DNA of 64,000 nt from Phoronis australis (taxonomy: Eukaryota > Animalia > Phoronida): the NCBI GenBank assembly GCA_002633005.1, contig NMRA01000310.1:458889-522888 (forward strand), read 5' to 3'. A model generated the notes under the pieces. That model searched no databases. It was not told the origin of the DNA and saw nothing but the letters and a program-made list of their open reading frames with translations. The translations under genes and the position numbers were made by a program. Below, piece by piece: positions 13,230 through 26,250 of the stretch. The stretch's first letter is position 1; the number at the start of each line of letters is the position of its first letter.

Positions 13230-13810
13230 ATCTGGATTTACCCTGCTGAAAACTCGTATTTGCCCGACAGAATTCTCCCTGGCGTTAAGTTGCCTTTCTT
13301 ATTGAGCAAACAAACCCTCACTTCATTTTTTTGTTCTTCACTGCTTTGATTTACTGCAGAGTGAACATCTGGTTTTACCCTGTTGAAAACTTGTGTTTGT
13401 CCGAGTAAACTCAACCTGGTGTAAAGTTGCTTTCTCACTGAGTAAACAAATTATGGCATAAATTTGTTCTCAACTGCTTGGATTTGTTGTAGTATAAAGT
13501 TAATGTAATTCTTTATCAAGTGGATTTACCCCGGTGAAAACTTGCACTCGTACTGAACTCACCATGACTTTCTCACTGGGAATACACACCCTGGCATAAA
13601 TTGTGTTCCTCACAGCATGGATTTACCCTAGTGTGAACTTGTGTTTCTTGCTACCTGGATTTACCTTGGCGTGAACTTGAGTTCATCAGACTGAACTCAA
13701 CCTGGTGTTAAGTTGCTTTTTCACTGGGTAAACACACCCTGGCATAAACTTTGCGTTCCTCACTGCATAGACTTACACCGGTGTGAACATGTGCTAATCA
13801 CTGTGAACAC
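13230..13810. repeat. Degenerate tandem repeat (recurrent GGATTTACCC.G.TGAA..CT and CAACCTGGTGT.AAGTTGCTTT.TCACTG blocks)
   Basis: About four diverged copies of a >100-bp unit just downstream of the KIAA1614-like stop. Confidence 0.7.
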
Positions 13811-14011
13811 TCCTCAATGAAAAGCTGTACTCCTGGCTGCTTTAAAACGAAAGCACACAATGTGAACTTAGTTCAGCTAGTATGAAGTGATGTTAGGTGC
13901 CTAGTACAGTACTATGCACCAGAAAATAGCAGCAATGCCTCCAGTATAACGCAATCTGACAAATGGTTGCCTAGATCTCATCCAATATTCATCATTACAA
14001 AGTCGCAAACA

Positions 14012-14211
14012 TCAGACCATGTCAGACCTGGCCAACAGTGGTAATGTCTTGAGCACCAGCTTGTTAGTGGCCGCCATGCAGTCGTAGATCTCGTCCAAGG
14101 TCATGTTGTGCGTCAAAGTACCGTTCACCTCCAGAATCTCGTCCCCAAGTCCCAGCAGTCCCGCAAAGAACTTCTCTGGATGACCGTCGCTCAGTCGTGA
14201 GATGAATATGC
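14012..14211 (-). CDS. KIAA1614: KIAA1614-like exon 8 (PDZ second half, stop)
   Basis: GIFISRLSDGHPEKFFAGLLGLGDEILEVNG...SDMV*. Confidence 0.85.
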
Positions 14212-17200
14212 CTGCCGAGACACACAACAGATAACTTAATAACGAGTTTTGAGAAGCAGACAACCAGTGAAGAAGCAGACGTATTTGTGTCCAAAACAGA
14301 ATTTTGAATTTTGGACATTCTTTACCTTCTCCCATAATTAGCACATTCATTACAACTTGAATGCCCCAAAATCAGTAGACCAAAATATCTTTTAAATTTA
14401 ATACTTTAATTGCAACTGTCGGGCATTTTAATTGCGTTATTTAAATGTTTTGTGCACGGGATTGCCAATAACTGGTTTTAGTCCAAATCGCCACAGCACA
14501 GTTTCCTAGTCTTGGACTAAATTTAAAAGCTATAAGCTCAATGCTGAATGCCAATTCTAATGATTTTTCACATGGTTTCTTGAGCTAATTTGTTTGTACT
14601 GCAACTATACCAAGGGTGTTATAACTGAAGACATATATTATGGTGAAGGTAAAAAATTAAACAACTTGACGGTAAACCTAAATTGAGTTAGCAGGAACAA
14701 AACTCTGTTAATGAGTAAAAGGCAGAAGATAACTTTGCTACAATGAAAGTCATGTCTAAGTGGATCTCTAAACCTTTATATGGATAGTTTTGACATGTCA
14801 ATCAAGTTACTAATTCCAGCTAATTAGGATGCAGGAAAATGCAAACATTGTCATCATGCAACAAATATTTGTTGGAAACGAAATACACCTTCTCAACTTG
14901 TCACAAATATTTTCTTTATTATCCCTGTTCTTAATTTATTTAGTATCTGAAGCAAATCTGGGTGAAAATTTTTGGAACACAAGTTGATGACTGCACAGGT
15001 GACTTACAAAAACCTACGAGGTCGTTAAAACTCACGTGTTCTTATTCCCATGCATTAAGCCAACAGCGACCACCAATAAAAATTTACGCTGAAGACAGTT
15101 GTTCCTCACAGTCACTTATAACACAGAATAACTTACCAGTGCACAAAATCACAACACCAAACTTTAAGTGTAATACAACGTCGAGTAACTACATTGTGAT
15201 CAGGTGTGTAAATTGATCTGACATATGTTGATATGAATGAGTTAGCAATCTATGATCAGGATTCAATAGATTTAAAATCATGGATATACCGCCGCGTGTA
15301 ACACCCATTCTTTTCAACGGGGTCCTTTTTGATTGTGTAGCTTCATGCCAGTAACAATATCACTGATGACACAGAGAAAAGGGTATATTGTATGAATATG
15401 CTTTCTACAACTATATGACAAAATAAAAAAGCAAAACAGGTGTTCATTAACGGTTAAATGAACAACTATGATTACCATGGTTAAACTGTGCGTTGCCGCG
15501 GGCGATGTAGAAGCCAAAGGGTCCATGAGGCGGTTTCACCAACTCCACCACCTGTGTCCCATCTGAGTTCAAGGTCACTAGTCGTCCAATGGCGCGGGCA
15601 TTACGGGGTGGCTCAACATCGTTGACCGAGGTTAGCGACGTGTTACTGCCGGCACTGGGTGAACGGCGCAGCTTTCTGGAATTGGTGGCAATGGTATTAT
15701 AAGGCTGATTGGCACCAACGGTAACACGGTCACAGCAATACAATCCATCGACCGTTTTACAGATACCAAAAACTAATGTGTGCAATTCCAAAGCATAGAT
15801 CTGTAAAATTCGAGTCACCCAATCCAAATTTAACGAAGTGTTACGAAGGAAATCACCTGCTTAGTAAGTTGGCAGTTGACTTTGGACAGACATCACCTGT
15901 TTACTTAATCTATGATAAACTTCTGGCTCCTTGAAATGCTAAGTGAAGTGATCTCTTCAAATTGTATATCTAATGTAAAATTTATGTTCTAAAATTAAGG
16001 CTAACAACATACAATTAAGGCTTTTTCAGTAAGTGACCAGTGGTTACAACAGGCCTTTTTAGGATTGAACGAATTCGACAGGTCATTTGAGCACTGACCT
16101 CCACCATATTCTAGAATCGAGAATTTCTCAGTTCATCGTCTCACTTGATTTTGGCCATGCACAATTTCAATTCTTATTGCATTCATAATAAATTGTGGTA
16201 TCGAATACAACTGCAGTCTGGCTAACACAACAGTCAATACTTTATCCTAAAACATTTCATTTTTGTCTCAATGCTTTTTCTAACAAAACAATGTTGTTAA
16301 AACACAAAATGAATGCCAGAGGTCCTCACTTGTCTTTGGTCCCACTGTGCAGGAAGCCATCAGGGGCATACCGTTGTGACCTGTCATCTTTCTTCCTAAA
16401 GCTCAGTTTGAGGGAGCGAAGGGATGGTGACTTGGCCAACTTAGGAATGCCAGAACTCGACTGAAATGAAGGGGGCGAAGTTATGAGACGTGACAATGAA
16501 ATCAGCGTCAAATTTAATTGCAGGTGCAGGTATAGACATTGCACTGATCACCCGTTACAGAAACCATTTTTACGTTTTGTTAATACAAAGTTGAAACTGA
16601 GCTGAGGAGCTAGAGACCTGACTCAAGGGTCTAGCAGTGTGGCTCAGTGGGACTTGAACCCATGACCTTGAGTAAAGGAAGTAGACACTTATCACACTAG
16701 GTGCCACTGCCTCCTCTAAATTAGTGTTTAGTGAGTGAAATAATATACACATAGACTTGCTCACTTGAATCTTCTAAAGAAGAAAAGAATATCAACTGCA
16801 GTGATTGTATTTAGAAAGGGTTTCACATGCTAAAAGCACCACGTCTAGTTCCTACAGTCCAATTGGTCACTTCCCTTCTTCCCATGAGTAGAGAGACATT
16901 TTAGCAACCTTTAGACAAGGATGTTATGAACAAACCAAAATGTAAACAAAACAAGTTTAATATAAAATAATGACTGTTACGCTTTTCATTACAGAGACAT
17001 TTAAATTGTTTTGCAATAATGGTATTTTGGAATCCAAAGCAGACCTAAAAATACAGACTGAGGTGCTCCTGACTTATTGTGGAATGCAAGTCAACATAAA
17101 ACCAAAGTTTGGTCTATTACCTCGTGTGACTGTGACACACTCAATTCTATGTCAAGGTTTATTTGTAACGCAGTTCTTTGTGTTGCAATGATTCGACGAC

Positions 17201-20200
17201 TTGTCGCCAACATCGTCTTTAAAGAAAAACATTGAATCGAAATTGATTCCAAGTATCGAAATCGATTCCAAGACTGTCAAATCGATTCTATGATTTCATT
17301 TAAAATGTTAAAATTCACACACATGATGTGAAGTCTCCTTGGCCACACACGGATGCTCACCTGGTATTACTAAAATTTTTTTAAAAGTCACACAAACAAA
17401 GCAAAGTCATCTCGAATGCACACAAATCTTTGTTTGGCAACGCCATCTATTGTTCGCTCGAGAAACAGAACATAAGTGTTTTGATCCAATCACATCACCT
17501 ATCACGTCAAACAGTCTTGCCAGTACTCAGTGACTATGTCACTCAAAACCCATACACAATAGGTCCTCAGATCAGAAAGGTTTTCAACTAACTCCACCAC
17601 TACTGTCTACCATCACAAGTCCTCCGTCTAATAATCCTAACATGTGTAAGCCGATGTGACTTGAGAACTGGTGTTTGAACAAGCAATGCAGCTGTAGACG
17701 TATGTATCTGTCCATTTATTTTGCCCAGAAATAATCACCAAAATTGCCAATTTTTCATTATTCAAAGGCTCGTTACTTTACTAAAAATAATGGATAAAAT
17801 TTACCAAAAACCGTTTTACAACATCTACACCGTACAAACTATGCTAGTAATGCACTAATATTCTCTTAATCGTTACTTTTGTGGAGAAATTTCCCAAAAT
17901 AGAATTTCACTTGTCGGCCATATTGTGTGCTTAATAAATGAAGAACTAACACATCATAAAAACTGAGGTATAATTACCTTTTTCTTGTTGTCAATTCTAT
18001 CAAGACTAATGGCTCTCTTCAGAGATGAGAACTTGTTTTTGGCAGACTGCTTCAAATTGTCCACTTTCTCCTTAAGTGATGACCTTGATGCACTGAGTTC
18101 TTTAGAGGATTCCAGGTTAGTCATACTAGAACTAAATGACAAGTATTAGAGTCAAAGCGTTCAGCTACACATGGGGCCTGTTTTATGAAAGCAACTTTGT
18201 CTTATGCTCCACACACTATTTCACAAAATGATCTATAATGGGGAAAAGCACAGTCTCTTAGATTTACACATACATGTAACAGCTAGTTACTGAGATTAAT
18301 TTCTACAAATTATTTCTAGACTGCGATGCGCTCGTAATTAATAGCTAAACCTTTTTCAGCAATTAACAAACAACTTCAAATTACCTGTTGTGTGGCTGCT
18401 GCGAAGGGCTCACAGACTCCTCAAAGGAGGATGTTGGGTCGAGAGAATTCGTCCTTTCTTTGGAAGGAGTCGTCTCTTTAGTGACCCCAGCAAAATCATC
18501 GGGAGGAGCGAGAGAAGCGTACAAATAGTCTGCAGGAACACTGCATGGCCTCTGTCTGAACGGAATAGACATAGTCCTTCTGTCAATGGCCTCGCGTGAC
18601 TGTGACTCGCTTAAACCGTGGTCATGTGACGGAAAACTTACTAAGCTGCCATCACGTGACTGCGCACGTGGCGATGATTTGCTGAGTTTGCCACCAGATT
18701 CACTGCGTTTATGAGACGCAACATTGCTAATATCACACTCAGTTGAAGCAGGAATATGTATAGTCTTCTTGGATGGTTTAACAACAGTTCGGTTGGGATT
18801 TAGTTTTGGAATTCTACTCCCAGTGGGTGATGCTGAAGACCGGCCACCTGTACCACGTGGAGAGTTGTCACAACTACTAGTCCTGCTGCCACCATCCGAG
18901 GGTGACAGCTTACTGCCTACAGGATTATGTTTGTCATCTTTGGTGGGAGACTCTGTCCTAACAGGTATTCTTGTCTTAGAAACTTTCTTTTGACTAGCTT
19001 TAAATTCCATGCTCTGCCGATGATCGTCCTCCACTTTGCTCGGGCTATACCTTCCTTTGTTTTTGTGTTTGTTAAACACCACTACAGACTTTGGTTTTAG
19101 TTCTTCATTCTCACAATAGGTGTTGCTGACGGGAGGCGAATTCTCCTTGAGATTTGATACCTCACGCGTAGCATCCAATTGATCGACAGCAGGAGAAGTT
19201 TTTGCACTTACAGGAGTTTTAGACTTCACTGCCTTGATGGCTGGCGACTGTGACCTAAACTTGTCAAAAAACTCTTGCTCGATAGACCGTGACCTCTGGT
19301 GGTTCACCTGTGACCCCACTGTGACATCCAGCAGAGGAGTCTGACAGCCATTTATGGGCGGGGTCAGGCGACCATTGAGCAAGGGTCGGGCATACTTTAA
19401 GTCCAGCACTGACGATTTCTTGGCCTCAGTATCAGAGGTGGTTCGAGGATCAGTGTCATCCATGTCATCCTTGAAGCGCACTCTGTTGGGAGACGAACTT
19501 CTACGTGACTTGTTCGTCTTTAAACTGGACTTTACGCTAGAGGTCTCATCACATGACCTGGAAAAGACAGAACAATGTAACCCAATCTAAAGTGCAGTGT
19601 TTAGGAAAACAAGTATAAACCTAGCAATCTTCATTATTCATACAATACAGCGGCTTGCCAGTATCTCTCACATGGTTTATTTGTAATTCAAACTCAAATA
19701 CACAATAATCCACTTACAGGAAGAAAAAAATTTCTACCTGGATAAACAAACCAAATCAACCTGAATAAATCTAAACTTATTTGACCAACCTTTCTTGATT
19801 AGTTGGAGACAAGATCAACTGAATATTGTGATCAGCTTTCATTGGACCATTCTTTGGATGCTGGTGACCTCTGGTGGATGGTGACTCACTGTTAAATTTA
19901 CTTGCCCTACAAACAATTAAGATACATAACAGACTTCAGTACAGACGACTAGAATAGTTTCATGATTTTGCTTCAGTTTCAACAGAAAATATACTTTGGA
20001 AAAAAAAACAATCACCAAAATTTAAACAAAATTATGTCAGTTTCACACAGTCCAGACGATGGACATTACCGTTCACTGGTGATTCCACAGTTCTTGTCAA
20101 GTTTGTTCATTAAATTCTCTAAGGAGCAGGATTCTAAAGGTATTTTCCACAAAACCAAGAGGGCAGAATATTGTCGAAACATTTGTCAAATGCAACTATT

Positions 20201-23200
20201 TGCGCAAACGCATTACAGTATTGCATCTCACGAGGGGTTAATACCGTGGAATCACCCTCCTTCAGATAATTACTACTTAATTATGCGAAAAATACAATCT
20301 AGTCTTCTGCAAACTGGCTTAAAAATAATTATTCACCTCAGTTTACATATTTCATTGAAGACATGACTTTGATCTGTTTTTACTACTTTAATTTCAGTTC
20401 TTTCAAACTCTCTAAATAGAGATCTCGTCTTTACATCACAACAGTGCAATAAAAATCCAAACGACATCAGTAGGTAACATAATTTAAAAAGCGATATTTC
20501 GAGACACATATCTCATCTTCGGGCTACTATTTACAACTAGTTCACAGTGAAACGCACATCAGAAATGACAAATGCAATATAACAGGTGAAGTTGGCATGC
20601 GCAACAATGACGATAAAAACACACATATATAAATAAAATATACACGCGTTGCTCTGCATCATAATGCACAGATCACTTAAATAACGATAGAGAACTTCAA
20701 GTTCCAGTTAGCTGCTCATTCAAACTGGGTTTTTCAAACATTATTAGAAGGGACTCTAATGTTCGTAACCTGTGTACATCATTTTCAATGTATCTAATGA
20801 CTATTATCGACAATCTCCTGACGAGTTATCTTGCGACCATGAACGTTTTGAAAATGGTCTTTTATGAAGCTGTTTTGTACATGCATTGAAAGTCGTCGCG
20901 ACAAGGAACACACTGTGTGCCCAATGTAATTTTGTTTCTGATGAGGACGAAAACATTCGACCGCAGGACAAGTAAACTCATAAACAACGTTACATCTAGC
21001 AACAGTGCGGAACTTCTCACAACTAATATTATTTCTCATCACTAAATTAGAGGTCTTTATATTCTTGTAATAAATAATTACATCTAGCTTGTCATTAGGA
21101 CTAACAACTTTTACATTATATTATTATGAAGTGAAATTAAACTAGTAAAAACAGATAAAAGTCGTGTCTTCAATGGAATATGTATACAAGAAAGATTACT
21201 GGCAAGTTATACTGAGTTTACAGAGAAAACTTTTTGCATCTAAGTGGTCAATTTTTCTCAAAGTGATAGCAAAACATGATAACCCACGACTGTAATGTTT
21301 CTGTTGATAAAGTCGCTTGCAGTAGGTGACAGTGAGATGAACAGATTTGCACAGGCGCGGTCCAGGAGTATCCCTGTACCATGGCCAGACAAGCAGAACC
21401 AGTGGTGGTTATGGACGCTATCTGTGGACAGCAACTTGGTTCAAATGCCAAACATGAAATAGCAGATGAATGTGCTCTACACAACAGACGTCTGCAACCA
21501 GTCTTAGGAAGAGCCTAATGTACATACGAGGGTTCTCATGAGATCCAAATCAGGGGTTTTGCGCAATGGGCCCGACTTATGTGACCTGCGCACGTCTGAT
21601 GCAATTTAGGCATCAGACCACCTGCAATCTTTTTTATGATCAAACATTTTTAGACTTGTGACGAAATTAAAAAAAAATCGTTGTTATTATCAACAGATAG
21701 CTAACATATCAAGATAAGATGAAACCAATCGCTACTCTCCTCGACCAGCCAGTTAAAAAAAAAAACTGGGACTCCTACATCCATTCTCACAATTGTGGGC
21801 ATCCCAAGTGGTCTAATCATAAGTAAATATTAGTGAACAGGTGACTTATCGAGACTGCCAGAGCTCAACCCGTGATTTATTCCCTCAGTGATAAGTAGAA
21901 GAGAGCACTTTGAACTGTAGATAAAATAAGGAGAAACGCACTTAAAATACATCAGCTATGAATGATAGCTGTAATACACCACGACTACCAGAAACTTCTG
22001 ATCATAGTAAGCCCCCCAGCAATTTTAAATTAGTTTTCAGTCATTCGGATCACCAAAATCAAAAAAAAAAACTGCAGGGAATACTATCAGCCCCACACAG
22101 TGTTTAAAAATTCAGTTTCCAAACAGATTAAGTTTCCAATATGTCCTGTGAGAGCATCAAATTCTGAAATCAGAATACTAAATCCAACTACATGTGGTTG
22201 CCTGAACAAACAGTTAGATGTCAAAACCCAGCTATACAAACACTGACCTCCACTGTAGGACTGTAATAGAACACCAGCCATAGCTGGTGGCAACAATAGA
22301 AACAATATCAGTTTCAAAGGACACCACAACATGTATTTATGAAACTAGGGCATAGTAAATGGTTTAAATGGAAATCTAGATAAGGATGCAGATTCATACT
22401 AATAATGAACCTGGTCAAAATACAGGCCTTGCCATTGCACCACTCAATATGGGCTCGGTTTTTGCAGCAAAACAAAACGGTTAAGAAAACAAATGAAGAA
22501 AACTGGAAGAGACAGAGATTTCAAAATATATCGGTAATGGAAATCTTGACTTCATTTTTTTCAGTTTATTCACCCTTATTCTTTATTTTACATAGTTGCT
22601 TCGTTTGTCCAATAACTATGTTTCATTACTTTCTATTATTGAAATTAGACGCGGGAATTTCACTCAAACTATATCTTGTCTTCGATTCACTGAAATGCCA
22701 TGAAAATACGTTCCATTAAAAGTATATCATCATTTTCTCACCTGGATTTTTATTTTGTTGTCATAATGTTTTAGGGACAACTCTTGTAACTTCTAACTCC
22801 AAGACTCTGTTTCATGAAACTGACTTCAGACTAAGACACACTCACACTTAATAAAGGTTTTATTAACTATTTAGGAGCACATTACAGCCTAGAAACAATT
22901 TACCGAAATTATCTCAAAACTAACAGTTACGTGTACATTCTCATAGACTTTGGACTTTTGCTACAATGAGGTTTAATAATCTTTCAGAAACATTTGTGTG
23001 GTGTGTAATACCAAACTATTGTCTTTAAGTCTTTTAAAGGTACCTTTTTATGACACAGGCCCAAGACGATTGACAGACAACGTGACTACACGAAAAGTAA
23101 ATGAACTGTAAAAATCAACCAGTTGTCAGTTTAATAATATTTGTATTATTGATGAATACATTGAAACCACTACTCTCTTTGTCAAGTGTTTAATGAGACT

Positions 23201-26200
23201 AGTATGACAGAACAGTTGCTGCTAACTTACCTGAGCAACGTAACACTGTATTAATAATTATCAATAAACAATTAAAGTAATCGTGTGTTGACCATATTGA
23301 TTGCTTTTTCTGAATAATACCTTGTTATGCGCCTTTCTGAACATCATTTCATTATTAAGTAACTGGACAGACACTAGCTGCATAAAGTGCCNNNNNNNNN
23401 NNNNNNNNNNNNNNNNNNNNNNNNNNNNNNNNNNNNNNNNNNNNNNNNNNNNNNNNNNNNNNNNNNNNNNNNNNNNNNNNNNNNNNNNNNNNNNNNNNNN
23501 NNNNNNNNNNNNNNNNNNNNNNNNNNNNNNNNNNNNNNNNNNNNNNNNNNNNNNNNNNNNNNNNNNNNNNNNNNNNNNNNNNNNNNNNNNNNNNNNNNNN
23601 NNNNNNNNCACAATTGTGGGCATCCCAAGTGGTCTAATCATAAGTAAATATTAGTGAACAGGTGACTTATCGAGACTGCCAGAGCTCAACCCGTGATTTA
23701 TTCCCTCAGTGATAAGTAGAAGAGAGCACTTTGAACTGTAGATAAAATAAGGAGAAACGCACTTAAAATACATCAGCTATGAATGATAGCTGTAATACAC
23801 CACGACTACCAGAAACTTCTGATCATAGTAAGCCCCCCAGCAATTTTAGTTTTCAGTCATTCGGATCACCAAAATCAAAAAAAAAAACTACAGGGAATAC
23901 TATCAGCCCCACACAGTGTTTAAAAATCCAGTTTCCAAACAGATTAAGTTTCCAATATGTCCTGTGAGAGCATCAAATTCTGAAATCAGAATACTAAATC
24001 CAACTACATGTGGTTGCCTGAGCAAACAGTTAGATGTCAAAACCCAGCTATACAAACACTGACCTCCACTGTAGGACTGTAACAGAACACCAGCCATAGC
24101 TGGTGGCAACAATAGAAACAATATCAGTTTCAAAGGACACCACAACATGTATTTATGAAACTAGGGCATAGTAAATGGTTTAAATGGAAATCTAGATAAG
24201 GATGCAGATTCATACTAATAAAGAACCTGGTCAAAATACAGGCCTTGCCATTGCACTACTCAATATGGGCTCAGTTTTTGCAGCAAAACAAAACGGTTAA
24301 GAAAACAAAAGAAAACTGGAAGAGACAGATTTCAAAATATATCAGTAATGGAAATCTTGACTTCATTTCTTTCAGTTTATTCACCGTTATTTTTTTATTT
24401 TACATAGTTGCTTCGTTTGTCCAATAACTATGTTTCGTTACTTTCTATTACTGAAATTAGATGCGGGAATTTCACTAAAACTATATCTTGTCTTCGATTC
24501 ACTGAAATGCCATGAAAATACGTTTCATTAAAAGTATATCATCATTTTCTCACGTGAATTTTTATTTTGTTGTCATAATGTTTTAGGGACAACTCTTGTA
24601 ACTTCTAACTCCAAGACTCTGTTTCATGAAACTGACTTAAGACTAAGACACACTCCCACTTAATAAAGGTTTTATTAACTATTTAGGAGCACATTACAAC
24701 CTAGAAGCACTTTACGGGAATTATCTCAAAACTAACTATTAAGTGTACATTCTCAGAGACTTTGGACTTTTGCTACAATGAGGTTTAATAATCTAAAGTT
24801 CAGAAACATTTGTGTGGTGTGTAATACCAAACTATTGTCTTTAAGTCTTTTAAAATTACCTTTTCATGACACAGGCCCAAGATGATAGACAGACAACGTG
24901 ACTACACGAAAAGTAAATGAACTGGAAAAATCAACCAGTTGTCAGTTTAATAATATTTGTATTATTGATGAATACATTGAAACCACTACTCTCTTTGTCA
25001 AGTGTTTAATGAGACTAGTATGACAGAACAGTTGCTGCTAACTTACCTGAGCAACATAACACTGTATTAATAATTATCAATAAACAATTAAAGTAATCAT
25101 GTGTTGACCATATTGATTGCTTTTTCTGAATAATACCTTGTTATGCGCCTTTCTGAACATCATTTCATTATTAAGTAACTGGACAGACACTAGCTGCATA
25201 AAGTGCCGTCCACACAGACTTATCTTAGAAATCCTACTCCTGGGACGAGTTGTCGCTAGGTTTGAGTGCTGTCTGGACATTATTTAAACTAGTGCAACTT
25301 GCCCTACTTGTGACAATGTATTCCACCTTTTGTGGTAGTGTAACTTGTTCTAGGGTAACTTGTGCCAGTTCTAATCGCTGTGTGGCCGCAAACCTGGGGC
25401 AAGGCAGATCAGGTGCTGTTACATACAGACGGGTCTTCTTTTGGATGCTGTATTCGTATACCTGTCCATTGTCACACACTGAGCGACAACTTCCGCTTTA
25501 CCCTAGTTATTCGATGNNNNNNNNNNNNNNNNNNNNNNNNNNNNNNNNNNNNNNNNNNNNNNNNNNNNNNNNNNNNNNNNNNNNNNNNNNNNNNNNNNNN
25601 NNNNNNNNNNNNNNNNNNNNNNNNNNNNNNNNNNNNNNNNNNNNNNNNNNNNNNNNNNNNNNNNNNNNNNNNNNNNNNNNNNNNNNNNNNNNNNNNNNNN
25701 NNNNNNNNNNNNNNNNNNNNNNNNNNNNNNNNNNNNNNNNNNNNNNNNNNNNNNNNNNNNNNNNNNNNNNNNNNNNNNNNNNNNNNNNNNNNNNNNNNNN
25801 NNNNNNNNNNNNNNNNNNNNNNNNNNNNNNNNNNNNNNNNNNNNNNNNNNNNNNNNNNNNNNNNNNNNNNNNNNNNNNNNNNNNNNNNNNNNNNNNNNNN
25901 NNNNNNNNNNNNNNNNNNNNNNNNNNNNNNNNNNNNNNNNNNNNNNNNNNNNNNNNNNNNNNNNNNNNNNNNNNNNNNNNNNNNNNNNNNNNNNNNNNNN
26001 NNNNNNNNNNNNNNNNNNNNNNNNNNNNNNNNNNNNNNNNNNNNNNNNNNNNNNNNNNNNNNNNNNNNNNNNNNNNNNNNNNNNNNNNNNNNNNNNNNNN
26101 NNNNNNNNNNNNNNNNNNNNNNNNNNNNNNNNNNNNNNNNNNNNNNNNNNNNNNNNNNNNNNNNNNNNNNNNNNNNNNNNNNNNNNNNNNNNNNNNNNNN

Positions 26201-26210
26201 NNNNNNNNNN

Positions 26211-26250
<40 letters not shown>

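Noticed and set aside
14012-15675. Calling the PDZ gene par-6
   Set aside because: No PB1 or semi-CRIB domain, the PDZ is at the extreme C-terminus of a ~1100-aa protein, and it fits KIAA1614 better.
16615-16712. tRNA gene
   Set aside because: A/B boxes are present but no acceptor stem or cloverleaf forms; better explained as a SINE head.
22087-24148. Duplicated 81-aa ORF with a signal-peptide-like start (MLWCPLKLILFLLLPP...)
   Set aside because: Non-ATG start, no recognisable domain, and the two copies come from the probable haplotype duplication.
25047-25516. Extra minus-strand exon with a strong CAG|GTAAGT donor near 25046
   Set aside because: Not needed: exons 26475 and 19557 join in phase, and no convincing coding frame exists. 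An alternative non-coding first exon cannot be excluded without RNA data.
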